Positions 1-11,027 are shown, numbered from the stretch's first letter. The stretch is 64,000 nucleotides of DNA from Clostridia bacterium (GCA_045589295.1 JAZNOU010000007.1:64001-128000), one strand, 5' to 3'. Numbers and translations are program-made. Notes: generated by a model not told the origin, from the sequence alone.

Positions 1-913
1 CAACATTAAACTGACGTTGGATATTCTCGGTAATGCCATTTTTCACTACTTCTGCATAAAGGCCTTCTGTTGGCAAAAACATTATGGCAAAATCTGTTGT
101 GTCCGGCGGGGAAACATATTTTTCATGAATGTCCTTTGCAAAATCTTTAATTCTTCTTTCCAGTATTTTTTTTGCAGTATCAATATCTGTCTGTACACCT
201 TTATCATAAGCAGCTACAAGATTTGCATACGCATCAGTCGGAAATTTTGCATCAATCGGCAAATAAACTGGTTTATCACCATCGCCAGGAAGTTTTACCG
301 CAAACTCAACAAAATTTTGACTTGCTGCTTTTGTGCAAACATTTTTCTCATACTGTTCTGGTGAAAGAATTTCCTCTAAAATAGCACCAAGCTGTATTTC
401 ACCCAATACACCTCGTGTTTTCACATTAGAAAGCGTCTTTTTCAAATCTCCAACGCTTGAAGCTAAGCTTTGCATCTCCCCTAGGCCTTTGTAAACCTGT
501 TCAAGTCTTTCACTTACAATTTTAAATGATTCGCCTATTCTGGTTTCCAATGTTTTCTGAAGCTTTTCATCAACTGTTTGCCTCATTTGTTCAAGTTTTT
601 TAGAATTATCTTCTTGAATATTTTTTAGCCCGCCTTCAACAGCATTCCTGATATTTTCAAGTTTCTGTTCATTAATTTTAGTATTATCAGACATTTGTGA
701 GGACAGCGCCTGCATACGTCCATCCTGGATTTTGGCAATCTGCTCCTGGGATGATGAAAGCACATCACTAAATAATTTCATTGACGATTTAATCTCGTCA
801 GTAATTTCTTTTTTAACAGAATGTAGTTGGTTATCGCTTTTTTGTGTTAATAGTAATACAATAACAACTACTAAAGCGACTAAAACAATCCCAAGTAATA
901 TGTAAAGTCCCAT
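1..913 (-). CDS. rmuC: DNA recombination protein RmuC family (3' end runs off the window)
   Basis: Not in the ORF track because the stop is outside the window. Manual translation from ATG at 913 (GGAGG RBS): N-terminal TM (MGLYILLGIVLVALVVVIVLLL), coiled coil, then VGDLKKTLSNVKTRGVLGEIQL, LPIDAKFP and DFAIMFLPTEGLYAE motifs. Confidence 0.93.
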   Translation of the reverse strand, partial: MGLYILLGIVLVALVVVIVLLLTQKSDNQLHSVKKEITDEIKSSMKLFSDVLSSSQEQIAKIQDGRMQALSSQMSDNTKINEQKLENIRNAVEGGLKNIQEDNSKKLEQMRQTVDEKLQKTLETRIGESFKIVSERLEQVYKGLGEMQSLASSVGDLKKTLSNVKTRGVLGEIQLGAILEEILSPEQYEKNVCTKAASQNFVEFAVKLPGDGDKPVYLPIDAKFPTDAYANLVAAYDKGVQTDIDTAKKILERRIKDFAKDIHEKYVSPPDTTDFAIMFLPTEGLYAEVVKNGITENIQRQFNV

Positions 914-922
914 ATATTCCTC

Positions 923-2167
923 CTATCTTATCTGCCCATCACCTAAAATTACGTATTTGTATGTAGTTATTTCTTTTAGGCCCATCGGTCCCCTTGCATG
1001 AAGTTTTTGCGTACTTATTCCAATTTCGGCTCCAAAACCAAATTCTCCGCCATCAGTAAATCTTGTTGATGCATTTACGTATACTGCTGCAGAATCAACT
1101 TGGTTTGTAAATTTTTGTGCATTTTCTTTGCTTTTTGTAATAATACATTCTGAATGCTTAGTACTATGCTCATCTATATGTCTGATTGCCTCGTCAACAT
1201 CTCTAACGACTTTAACAGAAATAATCTTATCCAGAAATTCGGTATAAAAATCTTGCTCATCAGCTAAAAGTATATTTTTAAAAACTTCTTTTGTTTTTTC
1301 ACAACCTCTGATTTCAACACCTTTTTTTTCGAGTTCACCGAGTACAACAGGCAATGCCTTGGCAGCAATTTTTTCATGTACTAAAAGCGATTCTGCTGCA
1401 TTACATACTCCTGTACGCTGAGTTTTTGCATTAGCAACAACCTTCTTTGCCATTTCAATGTCAGCAAATTCATCAATGTATATATGACAATTTCCGCTCC
1501 CAGTTTCAATTACAGGTACAGTTGAGTTTTCAACGACATTCTTAATTAATCCAGCCCCACCTCTAGGTATTAAAACATCAATATAATTATTTAATTTCAT
1601 CAATTTTGAAGCAGTTTCTCTAGAAGTATCTTCAACTAAAGTAACAATATTTTCATTATATCCAACATTTGCAATAGCTTTTTTAATTACAGAAACTATC
1701 GCCTTATTTGAATTAATAGCATCACTACCACCGCGAAGAACAACAGCACTACCCGCTTTAATACAAAGCGCAGCAGCATCTACTGTTACATTAGGTCTGG
1801 CCTCATATATTATTCCAATTACACCAATTGGTACTCTTTTTTTGGTAATAATCAATCCATTTGAGAGTTTATCCTGCGACAAAATCTCACCAACAGGATC
1901 TGGTAGTTCAACTATATCTGATACAGCCTTCGCAATTGAAGAAACTCGTTCTTTGTTGAGTAATAGTCTGTCAACCAAGGATTCTTTCATATTATTTTTA
2001 CGGGCAACCTCAATATCCAACGCATTATGATTAACGATATAGTCAGAATTTTCAAGTAGCTGTCTTGAAATTTCTTTTAATATCTTATTTTTCTCATCAG
2101 TGTCCAACACCATAATTTGCCTTGACGCATTTTTTGCATTAAAGCCTAAATCTTCCAAATATTCCAT
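923..2167 (-). CDS. proA: Glutamate-5-semialdehyde dehydrogenase
   Basis: PIGVIGIIYEARPNVT, GVCNAAE (catalytic Cys), NASTRFTDGGEFGFGAEIGISTQKLHARGPMGL. Confidence 0.97.
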   Translation of the reverse strand: MEYLEDLGFNAKNASRQIMVLDTDEKNKILKEISRQLLENSDYIVNHNALDIEVARKNNMKESLVDRLLLNKERVSSIAKAVSDIVELPDPVGEILSQDKLSNGLIITKKRVPIGVIGIIYEARPNVTVDAAALCIKAGSAVVLRGGSDAINSNKAIVSVIKKAIANVGYNENIVTLVEDTSRETASKLMKLNNYIDVLIPRGGAGLIKNVVENSTVPVIETGSGNCHIYIDEFADIEMAKKVVANAKTQRTGVCNAAESLLVHEKIAAKALPVVLGELEKKGVEIRGCEKTKEVFKNILLADEQDFYTEFLDKIISVKVVRDVDEAIRHIDEHSTKHSECIITKSKENAQKFTNQVDSAAVYVNASTRFTDGGEFGFGAEIGISTQKLHARGPMGLKEITTYKYVILGDGQIR

Positions 2168-2188
2168 TTAAATTCCCCATTATGTAAT

Positions 2189-2980
2189 TTATTTAAAAAG
2201 TGTACCAACATCTTTGCCTTCTATTATATCATATAAGATTGTCGGATTTTCTCCATTACATACCACAGTAAATATTCCACTTTCTGATGCCATTTCTGCC
2301 GCAGTAACCTTTGTAAGCATTCCACCTGTGCCACGATTTGAGCCAGCACCACCTGCCATTTGTTTAATTTCATTTGTAATTTGTTCCACTTCAGAAATAC
2401 GCTTAGCATCTGAATTTTTCCTTGGGTCTTTATCATACAAACCATCTATATCAGTAAGAATAACCAACAAGTCTGCACCAACAATAGTAGCAACTACCGC
2501 AGAAAGTGTATCATTGTCACCAATAACAATTTCATCAATTGAAACGGCATCGTTTTCATTCACAACAGGAACAACGTGCATATCCAAAAGGGTGTTGAAT
2601 GTATTTGTAACATTATTTTTGCGTTCTGTATTATCAATAACATCTCTTGTTAAAAGCACCTGACCTGTTTTGTAACCATATTCAGAAAACATTTTGTCAT
2701 ATAAATACATAAGTTCGCACTGTCCAACCGCAGCAGCAGCCTGTTTTTCACGGGTAAGTGTTGGTTTTTCTTTAAGCCCCAATTTGCCAACTCCAACACC
2801 AATAGCTCCCGAAGAGACCAAAACAACTTCTATACCCCTGTTTTTAATATCCGCAATTGTTCGTGCCAGCTTATCAATCCTACCTAAATTCAGCTTTCCG
2901 TTGTCATACGTAAGCGTAGATGTTCCTACTTTTACAACAATTCTATTTACTTCATTAATTTTTTCTCTCAAACCAAACAC
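2189..2980 (-). CDS. proB: Glutamate 5-kinase (short form, no PUA domain)
   Basis: IVVKVGTSTLT, VSSGAIGVG, NENDAV, GDNDTLSA, GTGGMLTK; adjacent to proA. Confidence 0.96.
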   Translation of the reverse strand: MFGLREKINEVNRIVVKVGTSTLTYDNGKLNLGRIDKLARTIADIKNRGIEVVLVSSGAIGVGVGKLGLKEKPTLTREKQAAAAVGQCELMYLYDKMFSEYGYKTGQVLLTRDVIDNTERKNNVTNTFNTLLDMHVVPVVNENDAVSIDEIVIGDNDTLSAVVATIVGADLLVILTDIDGLYDKDPRKNSDAKRISEVEQITNEIKQMAGGAGSNRGTGGMLTKVTAAEMASESGIFTVVCNGENPTILYDIIEGKDVGTLFK

Positions 2981-4618
2981 CTAACTTATTAAATTTACTA
3001 TATTTTCACCAATTGCTTTAAAAATTGGTGCTGCAGTTTCGCTGCCCGACTTCCCATTTTCCACAAACACGCACATTGCATACTTTGGATTTTCTGCTGG
3101 GAAAAAACCGGTATACCAACCATGCTGATATCTTTCACCGTTAACATACCATCCTGTTTGTGCACTACCTGTTTTTCCACCTGAACCTACGTTTTCTATA
3201 TACCCCGTAGTTCCTGTGCCTGAAATGTTAGTTTTTAGCATCATATTATATATTTTTTGAGCTGTGGTTTCGGAAATTACCCTGCTTTCACCTGATACTT
3301 TTAAAGTTCTTTTGATCTGTCCAACACCATCAACTACAGAATCAACACAATTAACTTCTTTGATAATACCTCTATTTGCAATAACTGCAGACAGAACCGC
3401 CCCATTTACTGCATTTCCGGAAAGTTTTCCTTGACCTATAGATAAATTTGCAAGATCTGCAAGATAATAATTTTCCTTATCAGGAAGATTTCCACTTCCT
3501 TGGAAAAGTGTCGTTGGATTTAACACCTTCTTACCCAAGCCAAACTTTTGTGAGTACTCAATTATTTTAGAAAAACCCAGTTTTTTACCAACTTCAATAA
3601 AAACAGGATTACATGAATACATAAACGCTTCCTCAAAAGTGAGTTTGCCATGACCATATATATTATGACAATCAATTTTTTGTCCAGATATATAGGAATG
3701 TCCATTGCACACAAACTCATCATTTGGTGTAACAACATTTTCTTCCAATGCAGCTGACGCTACTATAATTTTAAATATTGAACCCATATCGTAGTTTGTC
3801 AGACACCTGTTTATTAAATTCCCGTCTGCTGAATTTAAATAATCTCCAACTTTATCCGGTTCAAATGTAGGTGCAGTTGCCATTGCAACCAAATCAAAAT
3901 TTTCAATATCCAAGATAACAACACCAGCTTTTATGCCACTATCATCAAGCACATTTTGAGCAATGCGGCAAAAATCCAAATCAAGTGTTGTCTTTAATTT
4001 GTTGGTTTTTATATTCTGCCCTACAGTTTGTACTCCTCCACCAGGAATAAAACGCCTCAAAGCATCAGACATAGCAACCACTCTATAATCTTCTACTTTA
4101 TTCAAAAATTTATCGTAAACCTTTTCAAGCCCCGCTGCACCTTTGTTATCGCTGATGTAACCAATAAGTGCAGCGCATGGAGAGTCGTGAAGATACCTTG
4201 ACGGAACGCTTATAAACGTAATGTTAGGATTGCTTTTAATTTCATTTTTTTTATTACCTTTTACTTTTACAAAGGTTCTTTTGTTTTGGTTAAGGCTTAA
4301 ATATATTTTATGTTCATCTTCATCTGAATACCTTGAAAGCAACCGGCATAACTTAAAATCATTTGTAGAATTTTCTGTTGAAAAGACAACAGCATACTCT
4401 TCCTTTTCTATTCCGGTAAAAGCTCTCATTTTCCTATCTAAAATATCGTTTCGCCTGTTAGCTACCTGGACTGAAAGAGAATTTTGTGCCTCTGCTTGTT
4501 TTTTTAATTCAAAACCATTTACCAACATTATGTGGTATAAACGAACAAAAAGAAATAAAAGTAAAAATCCAAAAATTGTTCTTAATAAAAAATTTCTGAT
4601 TGCTATATTTTTGTGCAT
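2981..4618 (-). CDS. Class B penicillin-binding protein (PbpI/YrrR-like transpeptidase)
   Basis: N-terminal TM, SxxK (GSIFK), SxN (SCN), KTG (GKTGS); lies downstream of the mltG-yrrM-yrrO cluster. Confidence 0.9.
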   Translation of the reverse strand: MHKNIAIRNFLLRTIFGFLLLFLFVRLYHIMLVNGFELKKQAEAQNSLSVQVANRRNDILDRKMRAFTGIEKEEYAVVFSTENSTNDFKLCRLLSRYSDEDEHKIYLSLNQNKRTFVKVKGNKKNEIKSNPNITFISVPSRYLHDSPCAALIGYISDNKGAAGLEKVYDKFLNKVEDYRVVAMSDALRRFIPGGGVQTVGQNIKTNKLKTTLDLDFCRIAQNVLDDSGIKAGVVILDIENFDLVAMATAPTFEPDKVGDYLNSADGNLINRCLTNYDMGSIFKIIVASAALEENVVTPNDEFVCNGHSYISGQKIDCHNIYGHGKLTFEEAFMYSCNPVFIEVGKKLGFSKIIEYSQKFGLGKKVLNPTTLFQGSGNLPDKENYYLADLANLSIGQGKLSGNAVNGAVLSAVIANRGIIKEVNCVDSVVDGVGQIKRTLKVSGESRVISETTAQKIYNMMLKTNISGTGTTGYIENVGSGGKTGSAQTGWYVNGERYQHGWYTGFFPAENPKYAMCVFVENGKSGSETAAPIFKAIGENIVNLIS

Positions 4619-4657
4619 TTAATCACCCAAAGATTATTGTGCACATTTTTGTAAAAT

Positions 4658-5872
4658 TTATCTTGCCTTTCTTAAAATTGTACCTTTTGGGCACGCAATT
4701 TCACATGGAATATAAAGTTTCATCATCGCATGCGGGCAACTGTCTATTTCTGATTTGCTTTCATCAAACATTTTTTCAATTTTTATAGTTTTAAAATCAC
4801 CGCCGGGTATTAAAAGTTCAATCTCGTCACCAACAAAAAACTTGTTTCTTTGAGTTACTTCAAGCATTTTTTCATAATTATCAAAGTTATCAACTATTCC
4901 AACCAAATCATAATCCCTCTTATATGAACTTGAACCATAAATCTGCTGATTTGAATCTGGTTTGCCAAAAAAGAAACCTGTTGTATACTCTCTGTGGCTT
5001 ACTTTTAAAAGTTCTTCAGCAATTTTTTCATCAAACGGTAAACCATCAAAATATCTGTCAATTGCATCACGGTATGCTTTTGTTACTGTTGCTACATAGT
5101 ATTCAGTCTTAACCCTACCTTCTATTTTAAAACTTGAAATACCTGCCTTTATAAGCTCCGGCACATACCTTATCATATTCAAATCTTTGGAATTGAATAT
5201 AAATGTTCCTCTGTCATTTTCAAAAACAGGGAAATATTCCCCCTCTCTTTTTTCTTCTGTAAGATAATATTTCCATCTACAAGGATGCGCGCATGCACCA
5301 AGATTGCTGTCTCTGCCTGTCATATAATTAGAAAGCAAGCATCTTCCAGAATATGAAATGCACATAGCACCATGAACAAAACATTCAAGTTCTAACTCTT
5401 TTGGCGTGTTGGCTCTGATTTCTGAAATTTCATTGAGCGAAAGTTCACGTGCTAAAATCACTCTTGACGCCCCAAGCTTATGCCACATATTTGCAGAAGC
5501 AAAGTTAACATTGTTGGCTTGTGTACTTATATGAATGTTAAAATCAGGTGTCGTAGATTTAACAATATCAAACAGTCCTAAATCTGATACTATAATTGCA
5601 TCTGCACCATATTCGTAAACTTTGCTTATATATTCCTTAAATCCGTTTAAATCCTCATTATGTGGTAAAATATTAGCAGTAATATATACTTTTTTACCCC
5701 TTTCATGCGCATATTGTATACCCTCTTTAATTTCTTCCATAGAAAAATTTTCGGCAGCCTCCCTCAAAGAGAAAGATTCTCCACCGATATATACAGCATC
5801 CGCACCATATAAAAAAGCAAATTTTAATTTTGAAAGACTGCCTGCAGGTGCAAGCAATTCAGGTTTATTCAA
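4658..5872 (-). CDS. U32 family peptidase-like protein (YrrO/TrhP-type tRNA hydroxylation protein)
   Basis: KPELLAPAG, GADAVYIGG, HGAMCISYSGRCLLS, CAHPCRW, SFKIEGR. TTG start at 5872 with GAGGT RBS, overlapping the upstream stop. Confidence 0.9.
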   Translation of the reverse strand: MNKPELLAPAGSLSKLKFAFLYGADAVYIGGESFSLREAAENFSMEEIKEGIQYAHERGKKVYITANILPHNEDLNGFKEYISKVYEYGADAIIVSDLGLFDIVKSTTPDFNIHISTQANNVNFASANMWHKLGASRVILARELSLNEISEIRANTPKELELECFVHGAMCISYSGRCLLSNYMTGRDSNLGACAHPCRWKYYLTEEKREGEYFPVFENDRGTFIFNSKDLNMIRYVPELIKAGISSFKIEGRVKTEYYVATVTKAYRDAIDRYFDGLPFDEKIAEELLKVSHREYTTGFFFGKPDSNQQIYGSSSYKRDYDLVGIVDNFDNYEKMLEVTQRNKFFVGDEIELLIPGGDFKTIKIEKMFDESKSEIDSCPHAMMKLYIPCEIACPKGTILRKAR

Positions 5873-6536
5873 TTTCTTTACCTCTTTCGTTATAAATTGA
5901 AACAGCAACACCATCACCAATCGGTATAACAGATGTTGACAGTTTTTCATGATTGCAAAGCATCAACAAATACTCTCTCATTCTGCCGACAATTGTCTTC
6001 TGGCGACGTTTTACAATTGTGTCCTCTGCTGTCATACCCTTATATAAAACATTATCAGAAACAATAAGTCCACCATCATTTATAAGCTTTATTGCATACT
6101 CAAAAAACTCATTGTAATAACCTTTAGCGGCATCAATAAAAATCATGTCATATTTAGAACTAAGACAAGAAAGAACCTCTAAAGCATCGCCTTCAATGAC
6201 TCGTATTTGTTCTGAAAGGCCTAATTTTTTTATATTTTCAATTGCAAGCGTTGTCATGTCGCTGTCACGCTCAACAGTAGTAATTCGGCATTTTTTCCCC
6301 GAAGCAAAAGCCATACATGATGCAGAATATCCTATAGCACTACCAAGTTCGAGTATTTTTTGAGGCTTTTGCATTTTGCATAATATTTCTAGGAAAGCTT
6401 TCATTTCTTTGTGTATAATCGGGACACCATTTTTGATCGCATAATCTTCCATTTCCTTGAGATGTCCTTGTGTTTCAGGCAAAATCTGATGAAGATATTC
6501 AGTTATATATTCATAATTAATTTTTTCTCCTGCCAA
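5865..6536 (-). CDS. O-methyltransferase (YrrM/TrmR-type)
   Basis: ILELGSAIGYS SAM motif, DMIFIDAAKG, DNVLYKG; conserved mltG-yrrM-yrrO synteny. Confidence 0.9.
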   Translation of the reverse strand: MAGEKINYEYITEYLHQILPETQGHLKEMEDYAIKNGVPIIHKEMKAFLEILCKMQKPQKILELGSAIGYSASCMAFASGKKCRITTVERDSDMTTLAIENIKKLGLSEQIRVIEGDALEVLSCLSSKYDMIFIDAAKGYYNEFFEYAIKLINDGGLIVSDNVLYKGMTAEDTIVKRRQKTIVGRMREYLLMLCNHEKLSTSVIPIGDGVAVSIYNERGKEIE

Positions 6537-7541
6537 TTACAAAAGACCTGCCTTTTTCATATTTTTCTGATGTTCATTAAATGTTTTAGCGAAATAATGT
6601 TTACCATTACCATCAGCCGCAAAATATATATACTCCGTTTTTTCAGGATAAAGCGCAGCGTTTATACAACTTAATCCAGGCGAAGCAATCGGACCGATTG
6701 GTAACCCTTTATTCAGATAAGTGTTATAATCAGATTTTATTTTTGTGTCGGCAATACTTAAAACATTTTTTCTTTCTTTTAAAATGTATTGAACCGTAGC
6801 ACACGACTGCAAAAATCCTGCTGACTCATTTTTATCATTTAATCTATTGTAAAAAACTCCCGCAACCAAAGCAAGTTCACTTTTAGCTGCTGCTTCACGC
6901 TCTATAATGGAGGCCATTGTGATAAGTTGATCAACGGTAAAACCAAGTTGTTCAGCGCGTTTTTTCATATCAGGGTTAAACTTATTTTCAAAATTATCAA
7001 GCATTTTTGTTATAATGCTTTTTGCTCCTTCTTCACATGAAAACTCATATGTGTCAGGAAAAAGGTATCCTTCGAGTTGCATATCGCGTTTTTTGATATC
7101 TTTAAAAAACCAATAATCAAAATTATTAATATTGGCAACTTCATTAAACTCATTAACCGTAACAAGTCCCTTTTTCTCCAAAAGTGCCGCAATTTCTCTT
7201 TGTTCCATACCCTCGGTAATTGTAACAGTAACTGACCTGGCTTTTGTAAAGCTTTCAAGTTCACGAACAATTGCACCATAGCTTTTTGAAGAAAATTCAT
7301 GGACCCCCATATAATAAGTATCGCCAAATAAGCGATAAAAAATTTTGAATAAACTTTTTGAACCGATTATATCTTTTTCTTTAAGTTTATCAGCAATTTC
7401 ACTTATCGAATTTCCAGATTGAACTTCCACAACGACAGTATCACGCCTTTTAAAAACACCTGAAATTTCTCCAAAAATAAAAACAAGTACTATAATTAAA
7501 GCAACAGCAAATATACACAGAATTTTTTTCTTATTCAGCAT
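6537..7541 (-). CDS. mltG: Endolytic transglycosylase MltG
   Basis: N-terminal TM, LEGYLFPDTY, ASIIERE (catalytic Glu), YNTYxxxGLPIGPIASPG. Confidence 0.95.
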   Translation of the reverse strand: MLNKKKILCIFAVALIIVLVFIFGEISGVFKRRDTVVVEVQSGNSISEIADKLKEKDIIGSKSLFKIFYRLFGDTYYMGVHEFSSKSYGAIVRELESFTKARSVTVTITEGMEQREIAALLEKKGLVTVNEFNEVANINNFDYWFFKDIKKRDMQLEGYLFPDTYEFSCEEGAKSIITKMLDNFENKFNPDMKKRAEQLGFTVDQLITMASIIEREAAAKSELALVAGVFYNRLNDKNESAGFLQSCATVQYILKERKNVLSIADTKIKSDYNTYLNKGLPIGPIASPGLSCINAALYPEKTEYIYFAADGNGKHYFAKTFNEHQKNMKKAGLL

Positions 7542-7550
7542 ATTACACCC

Positions 7551-8084
7551 TTAATAATAAATTGAATTTTTAACCTTCAAAGCAACATCGTCACCCTTTA
7601 AAACTTTTATAATTTCTAATGCAAAATCCATCGCTGTTCCCGCTGCCTTAGAAGTTGTTACATTTTTATCGGTAACTGTACTTTTGGTTGAAATAACTGC
7701 ACCTTTAAGTTTATCTTCAAAACCAGGATAGCAAATAACCTCTGTGCCTTCTGTGATTTTTAGTTCTCCTAAAATCCATGGTGCAGCACAAATAGCAGCA
7801 ACCCTCTGTTCGCTTTCTGACTGTTTTTTCACTCTGTCAGTTACTTCTTTATTTGACATTAAATTAGGAACACCAGGAATACCACCCGGAAGAACAATCA
7901 TATCACAATCGGGAGCATCAGCAAGCATTACATCACATTTAACGCATATATTGTGATTACCTGTAACATAAATATCTTTTTCTGTTGAAACCAATAATAC
8001 ATCAATTTCTGCACGTCTTAATAAATCAGCAGAAGTTAAAGCTTCAACTTCTTCAAATCCGTTTGCTAAAAATATATTAACCAT
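7551..8084 (-). CDS. DJ-1/PfpI (YajL/ThiJ) family protein
   Basis: GFEEVEA, LPGG, AAICAAP; start set at MVNIFLA with GGAG RBS. Confidence 0.92.
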   Translation of the reverse strand: MVNIFLANGFEEVEALTSADLLRRAEIDVLLVSTEKDIYVTGNHNICVKCDVMLADAPDCDMIVLPGGIPGVPNLMSNKEVTDRVKKQSESEQRVAAICAAPWILGELKITEGTEVICYPGFEDKLKGAVISTKSTVTDKNVTTSKAAGTAMDFALEIIKVLKGDDVALKVKNSIYY

Positions 8085-8787
8085 TTGAAGCCTCACTCCT
8101 TATTTTTCTCTTTAACACATCTTTCATAACAGTGGTAAAGATTTCATCACTGATGTTTTCAATAGTTCTAACTGCTCCACCTTCTACACAAAAAACGGTA
8201 GACCAATCAAATTTTTTAGCCACATAAAGTGCATTTTCATAACTTTTTTCAAGATACGAATGGTCACGCTCGTGAATATCTTTCTTTTCTCCGCCTGTAA
8301 TTTTATTTGCTCTGTTTTGCATAAGTTCTATTGCATATTCGGGCGGCATATCCAGAAAAATAATTTTATTCGGAACAGGTAATTTCAAAAGTTTATATTC
8401 ATAATCATACAACCAATCCAAATACAAATTCTTGATTCTTGTTCCGTCAATTTTAGCTGCCTGATGTATCATATTTGATGTTGTATATCTGTCAGCTATT
8501 ATTACTCCCCCATCTAAATAAAACTGTTCCCATTTTGTTTTATATGAAACATATCTGTCGACAGCATAAAATGACGAGGCAGCATACGCATTTATATCCT
8601 CAGGTTTTTCTGATATTTCACCATTTAAATACATCTTAACCAATGCAGATGAATTACTTCCATAATCGGGGAAAGTTATTTTCATAACTTTAAACCCTTC
8701 ATTTTCTAAACGTTGTTTCAATTTTTCAGCCTGCGTTGCCTTGCCACTGGAGTCAAGTCCTTCTATAACAATTAATTTACCTTTCAC
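8077..8787 (-). CDS. tmk: Thymidylate kinase
   Basis: IVIEGLDSSGKATQ P-loop, FPDY, ADRYTTSN, DIHE; directly downstream of thyX. Confidence 0.85.
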   Translation of the reverse strand: MKGKLIVIEGLDSSGKATQAEKLKQRLENEGFKVMKITFPDYGSNSSALVKMYLNGEISEKPEDINAYAASSFYAVDRYVSYKTKWEQFYLDGGVIIADRYTTSNMIHQAAKIDGTRIKNLYLDWLYDYEYKLLKLPVPNKIIFLDMPPEYAIELMQNRANKITGGEKKDIHERDHSYLEKSYENALYVAKKFDWSTVFCVEGGAVRTIENISDEIFTTVMKDVLKRKIRSEASNG

Positions 8788-9549
8788 TTAATTCTCTCCT
8801 AAATACTCTTTTCTCATAAGCGCCGCTTTTCCGCATGACATCTTACCTTCGGGACACGGACCAACCAAACACTTCGGACCGCATTTTTTAAACAACACCG
8901 GTGCTACTTCCTTAACTAACTTTAACATTTCGTTTGCAAGTTCCCTTATTTCCCACTGTGCTCTCTCACAACATCTATGATTGAAAAAATTGTAAAGACT
9001 TCTGGCGTTGAAAGTCATTATAAGTGTGGTTGCACAAGCATTGGGAAGCACATATCTGGCATCCTCAATAGCTTTTTTCTCAGCTGCAACTTTTGCACTT
9101 TTCTCATCCTTACCCAAAGCTATGAACTCATCATAATGCTTTTTAAATAAAATTTCAGTAAGGTCATTATATGCCTTTTGTTCCATTTCCATAGTATTTA
9201 TGTATATTCTTTTTGCTTCCTCTTCTTTTTCGATTTCGGGAGGAACTACATACTCAAACTGTCCTTCTTTTACATAACGTTGAGATTTAACAGTATAACT
9301 CGCAATTCTATGACGTGTAAGTTGCGCAAGCAGACTACGGCTCACACCAGACACCCCAAACGTAAATGTTGTGTGTTCTATCGGACTTTCGTGTCCCATA
9401 CTCAAAAGCATATTTAAAAATTTCTCAACACCCTCATCATCTAAATTTGAAGATATTGAATCAAGATCTGCATTTGAATAGCAAAGTTTTGCACCAGATG
9501 CGATAAGTCTTTCGCAATCATTAGTGTACTGAATGAGTTTAACTTTCAT
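8788..9549 (-). CDS. thyX: FAD-dependent thymidylate synthase
   Basis: [22 protein letters not shown] (RHRx7S ThyX motif), [14 protein letters not shown]. Confidence 0.96.
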   Translation of the reverse strand: MKVKLIQYTNDCERLIASGAKLCYSNADLDSISSNLDDEGVEKFLNMLLSMGHESPIEHTTFTFGVSGVSRSLLAQLTRHRIASYTVKSQRYVKEGQFEYVVPPEIEKEEEAKRIYINTMEMEQKAYNDLTEILFKKHYDEFIALGKDEKSAKVAAEKKAIEDARYVLPNACATTLIMTFNARSLYNFFNHRCCERAQWEIRELANEMLKLVKEVAPVLFKKCGPKCLVGPCPEGKMSCGKAALMRKEYLGEN

Positions 9550-10267
9550 TTTTTAATCTCCTTTTAAACAGAACTTTCAACAAAAACACCGGGATTTTAG
9601 CCATTCTGCCAACTCGTTTAGGTTCTTTAATTAATCTATAGAGCCACTCTAAATTTAATTTAATAAACAACTTAGGTGCTCTTTTGGTTTTTCCTGCCAG
9701 AACATCAATACTTCCACCTGCACCTATAAATATTCCAGCATTTAAAACAGATTTATTTTTATTAATCCACATTTCCTGCTTTGGTGCCCCAAGACAAACA
9801 AGCAATAAATCCGGATTGTTTACGTTAATATCATTGATAATAGTTTCGTCATCATCAAAGTATCCGTGATGTGTGCCAGCAATTTTAATATTTTGGAATT
9901 CTTTTAGAATCTCAGTTGCTGCAAGTTTAGCAACACCAGGTTTACCACCAAACAAGTACACACTTCCGCCTAAGTCATTCAGTCCACTTAAAATCCCCTT
10001 AACAATATCAAATCCTGCTGCACGTTTTCTAATTGACCCTCCCAAAATTTTGGAAGCATAAACAATGCCAATACCGTCGGGAGTAACTACATCTGCGCTG
10101 TTTAGCACCGCTCGATAGCTAGAATCACTTATAGATAAATTGACTATTTCGGGATTCGGTGTAACTATAAAAAACTTTTTATTTTCCTTAAGAGCGTCTA
10201 AAGCTTTATGAACAGTTTGACCTACCTCAAAATCATCAAACAAAACACCCATTATATCAGTTTTCAT
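9539..10267 (-). CDS. tagA: WecB/TagA/CpsF family glycosyltransferase (N-acetylmannosaminyltransferase)
   Basis: [37 protein letters not shown]; start MKTDIMG with AGGAG RBS. Confidence 0.88.
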   Translation of the reverse strand: MKTDIMGVLFDDFEVGQTVHKALDALKENKKFFIVTPNPEIVNLSISDSSYRAVLNSADVVTPDGIGIVYASKILGGSIRKRAAGFDIVKGILSGLNDLGGSVYLFGGKPGVAKLAATEILKEFQNIKIAGTHHGYFDDDETIINDINVNNPDLLLVCLGAPKQEMWINKNKSVLNAGIFIGAGGSIDVLAGKTKRAPKLFIKLNLEWLYRLIKEPKRVGRMAKIPVFLLKVLFKRRLKNES

Positions 10268-11027
10268 ATGCTGCTCCTTCAATAATTTTAATAAGTTCTT
10301 CTCCACTGACTCCGCCATGAGCAGTTATTCGGCATAGCTTAAACGGATCAGTTGTAGATGAATTTACCTTTGGAACTTTATCATTAATCTCTACACAAAC
10401 ACTATACCCTGCAATTCTTGCCTCGTTTCTTACAACTTGATTTGAAAATCCGTAAGGATATGCCAAAGCTATTACCTTTTTATTCAAATTTTTTTCGATG
10501 AGATATTTTGATTTTCTAAGTTCTAAAATTACATCATTTTTAGAAAGATTAATCAATTCACCGTGATAATTTGTATGACTTTGAATATCAATCACACCAG
10601 AATTTTCCATAATCTTTGCTTGTTCCCATGTAAAGTGAGGATATGTAACAACTCCATCAACACCCATTCGTCCTGTTACTATAAAAATTGTTGCTTTCAT
10701 TCCTAGTTGCTTCAAAATGGGATAAGCAACAGTGTAATTATTCAAATACCCATCATCAAATGTAACAAGAATAGGTTTTGGTGGCAATTCTGTTCCGTAA
10801 GTTAAATAATTAATGTAATCTTCAAAAAAGATAGTTGTGTAACCGTAATCTTTAAGTGCTGTCATTTGACTGATAAAGTCTTGAGAAGACATTTCAACGT
10901 TTTTATTGTGATTTTCATATTCATCATTTATGTTATGATACATTAAAATTGGTAATTCTAGTTCTTGTGCACTGCAATTAAATGTAACAGTTAAAAATAC
11001 AATTAAAAGTAAAATTAACCTCTTCAA
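10257..11027 (-). CDS. Secreted polysaccharide deacetylase (CE4/NodB family)
   Basis: Signal peptide, PILMYH, TFDDGY, SHTxxH, LAYPYG. Confidence 0.92.
   Translation of the reverse strand: MKRLILLLIVFLTVTFNCSAQELELPILMYHNINDEYENHNKNVEMSSQDFISQMTALKDYGYTTIFFEDYINYLTYGTELPPKPILVTFDDGYLNNYTVAYPILKQLGMKATIFIVTGRMGVDGVVTYPHFTWEQAKIMENSGVIDIQSHTNYHGELINLSKNDVILELRKSKYLIEKNLNKKVIALAYPYGFSNQVVRNEARIAGYSVCVEINDKVPKVNSSTTDPFKLCRITAHGGVSGEELIKIIEGAAYEN

Noticed and set aside
17-384. Plus-strand ORFs 17-364 and 172-384, and the many other short antisense or alternate-frame ORFs in the track
   Set aside because: They are shadows of well-supported genes (here rmuC on the minus strand), without recognisable motifs.
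2189-2980. proB as a truncated pseudogene
   Set aside because: PUA-less glutamate 5-kinases are a known natural form; the kinase motifs are intact and it is coupled to proA.
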